DNA from: Syntrophales bacterium
GTDB taxonomy: Bacteria > Desulfobacterota > Syntrophia > Syntrophales > UBA4778
NCBI GenBank assembly: GCA_963665615.2
Contig: CAXXQE010000008.1
Location: 496,001-560,000 of the forward strand
Length of the DNA: 64,000 bases
Direction of reading: 5' to 3'
In this document: one piece after another, positions 61,700 to 64,000 of the stretch
Layout of the letters: every line of letters starts with the position of its first letter
Numbering within the stretch: the first letter of the stretch is position 1
Translations under genes and position numbers: made by a program
Notes under the pieces: model-generated
The model's input: only the letters and a program-made list of their open reading frames with translations
The model's database searches: none
What the model was told of the DNA's origin: nothing

Positions 61700-61827
61700 C
61701 TGGCTGTCCAGAAAGGCTCATCTGCTGCGTTGCGCGGCAACGCCCTCCGGTGCTCACGTATTAACATATATGCTCCGCTCCTCGGTCTTTGCGACGCCTT
61801 GCATCTAAACCTTTCTGAACAGCCAGC
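61699..61827. mobile_element. Family A element, copy 5
   Basis: GCTGGCTGTCCAGAAAGG...TGCTCACGTATTAAC...CCTTTCTGAACAGCCAGC; starts at the ftsK stop. Confidence 0.78.
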
Positions 61828-61836
61828 GGCAAGGGT

Positions 61837-61885
61837 GGTTAAAGGTTTTGAGGTTCGAGTCTCGAGTTTCTGGTTTCGAGTTAAA
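61837..61885 (+). repeat. Heptamer array (RGTTNNN-type)x7
   Basis: ggttaaa ggttttg aggttcg agtctcg agtttct ggtttcg agttaaa. Confidence 0.75.
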
Positions 61886-62114
61886 GCATCCAATCGACGT
61901 ATTCCCTGTTTGTCGTGGCCAGCATCGATATGGCCGTCTGCGATGGGCTCGTAAGAAGCCACGATTTGTAGGATTGAAGGGATTGCGGGACGGCTCTCTG
62001 CCGCTCAGAAATCTTTTTCCGTCATGTCCGGCGGCAGATTGCCAATACCGTCGGGTCGGAAAAATCTTTGATTCGCGTTCGAGACCCATCCCGCAATCCG
62101 CTTGTTTGATGATT

Positions 62115-62300
62115 GATGGCCTACAGAAAAGTCGAACAAAGCGTCATTGCGCCTGTCCCGATGCTGTAGCGGCGAGGAACGCAGAGACGAAGCAATCTCA
62201 TGAATCTGGCGAATTAGATTGCTTCGCTACGCTCGCAATGACTCATCGCGAATTGTTGCGATGTCCATCGCCTGTCATGCCCACGAAGGCGGGCATCCAG
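62115..62300. repeat. Family B doublet in a GATGG...CCATC shell, followed by an intact family D palindrome
   Basis: REPs 62143-62198 and 62216-62242; GTCATGCCCACGAAGGCGGGCATCCAG 62274-62300. Confidence 0.8.
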
Positions 62301-62323
62301 TAAGAAGAAAGTATTTATAAGTT

Positions 62324-63673
62324 ATGAACCCGATCAAAGTGCATATCGTCAGCCTCGGCTGTCCGAAGAATCTTGTGGATTCGGAGGTCATGACGGCGGG
62401 GTTGATCAAGGCCGGCTATGTGATGACGCCGCACGAGGAAGAGGCCGAGGTGGTTCTGATCAATACCTGCGCCTTCATCCTTCCGGCCAAAGAGGAATCG
62501 ATTGCGGAGATCCTGCGGCTGGCCGAATTGAAACAGACAGGGGCCTGCCGCCAACTCATCGTGACAGGTTGTCTGCCGCAACGCTATCAGGGGGAACTGG
62601 CGACGGCGCTTCCTGAGGTGGATCTCTTTCTGGGAACGGGTGACGCCGGGCGCATTGTCGCGCACCTGAAGAAGCTGCGCAGCGGCGGGACGACAGCTCT
62701 TCCCGCAATCGCCGAGCCGACCTTTCTCATGACCGCCACCCACGACCGGATGCTCGCGACGCTCCCACATACGGCCTTTCTCAAGATCGCGGAAGGGTGC
62801 TCCAACCGCTGCACCTACTGCATCATTCCGACCGTGCGCGGATCTTACCGCAGCAGGCGTCCCCCCGACATATTGAAGGAGGCGGAGGCTTTGGCCGCAC
62901 GCGGGGTCAAGGAACTCATCCTTATCGCGCAGGACACTACCGCCTACGGATCGGACCTGAAGGGCAGGCCAACCTTGGCCGCGCTTATGCGTTCCCTCGC
63001 CGGGATCGACGGCCTCCAATGGATCCGCCTCCTCTATACCCATCCGGAAAGCCTTTCCGACGCGGTGCTGGAGGCGATGGCTGCGGAGCCGAAGATCTGC
63101 CGCTACATCGACTTTCCCGTTCAGCATATCGACGATGAGATCCTCCGGGCCATGAACCGGCGGGTCGGAAGCCGGGACATCCTGGCGAAGATCCGGCGCG
63201 CCCGCGAGATTATGCCCGATGTCGCCCTGCGGACCTCCCTGATCGTCGGCTTTCCCGGTGAGACTCCCGGCCGGTTTCAAAAGCTTGTCGATTTTGTCCG
63301 GAATGTGCGATTCGACCATCTCGGCGTCTTCACCTATTCGCGGGAGGAGGGAACGCCGGCGGCGCTCCTGCCGCGCCAAGTCTCGGAAGGGGTCAAACAG
63401 ACGCGGCGGGATCTTCTCATGGCCGAGCAGGCGGAGATCTCTTTCGAAATCAACCGGGGCCTGATCGGAACCACGCAGGAGATGATTGTCGAGGCCGTAA
63501 GCGAAACCCCCGGCTATTTGCTCGCTCGCTGCCGACGGCAGGCCCCGGAGATCGACGGGGTCACACTGCTCAGGCGCACGCCAAGGGCCAGACCCGGCGA
63601 AATCCTTATGGGGCGCATCGTGGCGGCGGAGGATTATGACCTCGTTGCCGAATTGGCGAAACAACGTCGATAA
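62324..63673 (+). CDS. rimO: Ribosomal protein S12 methylthiotransferase
   Basis: SLGCPKNLVDSE, NTCAFI, GCLPQRY, CSNRCTYCIIP, APEIDG. Confidence 0.96.
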   Translation: MNPIKVHIVSLGCPKNLVDSEVMTAGLIKAGYVMTPHEEEAEVVLINTCAFILPAKEESIAEILRLAELKQTGACRQLIVTGCLPQRYQGELATALPEVDLFLGTGDAGRIVAHLKKLRSGGTTALPAIAEPTFLMTATHDRMLATLPHTAFLKIAEGCSNRCTYCIIPTVRGSYRSRRPPDILKEAEALAARGVKELILIAQDTTAYGSDLKGRPTLAALMRSLAGIDGLQWIRLLYTHPESLSDAVLEAMAAEPKICRYIDFPVQHIDDEILRAMNRRVGSRDILAKIRRAREIMPDVALRTSLIVGFPGETPGRFQKLVDFVRNVRFDHLGVFTYSREEGTPAALLPRQVSEGVKQTRRDLLMAEQAEISFEINRGLIGTTQEMIVEAVSETPGYLLARCRRQAPEIDGVTLLRRTPRARPGEILMGRIVAAEDYDLVAELAKQRR

Positions 63674-63789
63674 ACCCGTTGACTCCTGCCCCCAAGTCGG
63701 ATTATTTATATTGTTCCAGCGATTAAGAGCTTGTCCGCAAAGAGCGCGCCCGGATTTGGGATAAGCTCCAGATACAAAATGTTGGTACC

Positions 63790-63824
63790 TTGAACTCCAA
63801 ACTTTAAACTCTGAACTTAAAACA
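63790..63824 (+). repeat. Heptamer array (NNNAACT)x5
   Basis: ttgaact ccaaact ttaaact ctgaact taaaaca. Confidence 0.75.
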
Positions 63825-63849
63825 ACCCGCGTAGCGGGGAGGACATGCT

Positions 63850-64000
63850 ATGCCATTACAGGAAATACTCGCCCGATATGCAGCCGACCTCCATAAGGTA
63901 GAGGAGCACCTCTCTGCGAACATCCTCTCCGAAGTTGCCCTGATTCCCGAGGTCTCCGATCACCTGATCCGCAGCGGCGGCAAGCGATTCCGTCCTTTGC
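63850..64000 (+). CDS. Polyprenyl diphosphate synthase, N-terminus (runs off window end)
   Basis: Manual translation MPLQEILARYAADLHKVEEHL...DHLIRSGGKRFRPL; GGAGG RBS. Confidence 0.85.
   Translation, partial: MPLQEILARYAADLHKVEEHLSANILSEVALIPEVSDHLIRSGGKRFRPL

Noticed and set aside
18154..62300. Repeats considered as a CRISPR array or integron attC sites
   Set aside because: They are dispersed with no regular repeat-spacer period, and no cas or integrase gene is in the window.

Overview
Chromosomal origin region of an anaerobic deltaproteobacterium, probably Syntrophales-like (inferred from gene content only). It carries gyrB-dnaN-dnaA with an oriC between dnaA and dnaN, parAB-rsmG placed directly upstream of dnaA, and a displaced rpmH-rnpA-yidD-yidC-jag-mnmE cluster. 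Other genes: LPS genes, split transketolase, a sigma54 two-component pair, purL/purQ, a B12-dependent methylmalonyl-CoA mutase/epimerase cluster, htpG, a trimeric group A3 [FeFe]-hydrogenase, rarA, trpB2, ftsK and rimO. Three things stand out. (1) A small AT-rich GIY-YIG nuclease gene is bracketed by GTCATTGCGAG-type palindromes that recur as gene-less doublets across the window, some inside MITE-like shells nested in other palindromes. (2) A translationally coupled KamA-like aminomutase + two Ddl-like ATP-grasp ligases + GNAT operon has a long structured leader and an unknown product. (3) Strand-polarised heptamer/octamer tandem arrays bracket genes in nested inverted pairs. No rRNA, tRNA, CRISPR array or transposase was recognised.
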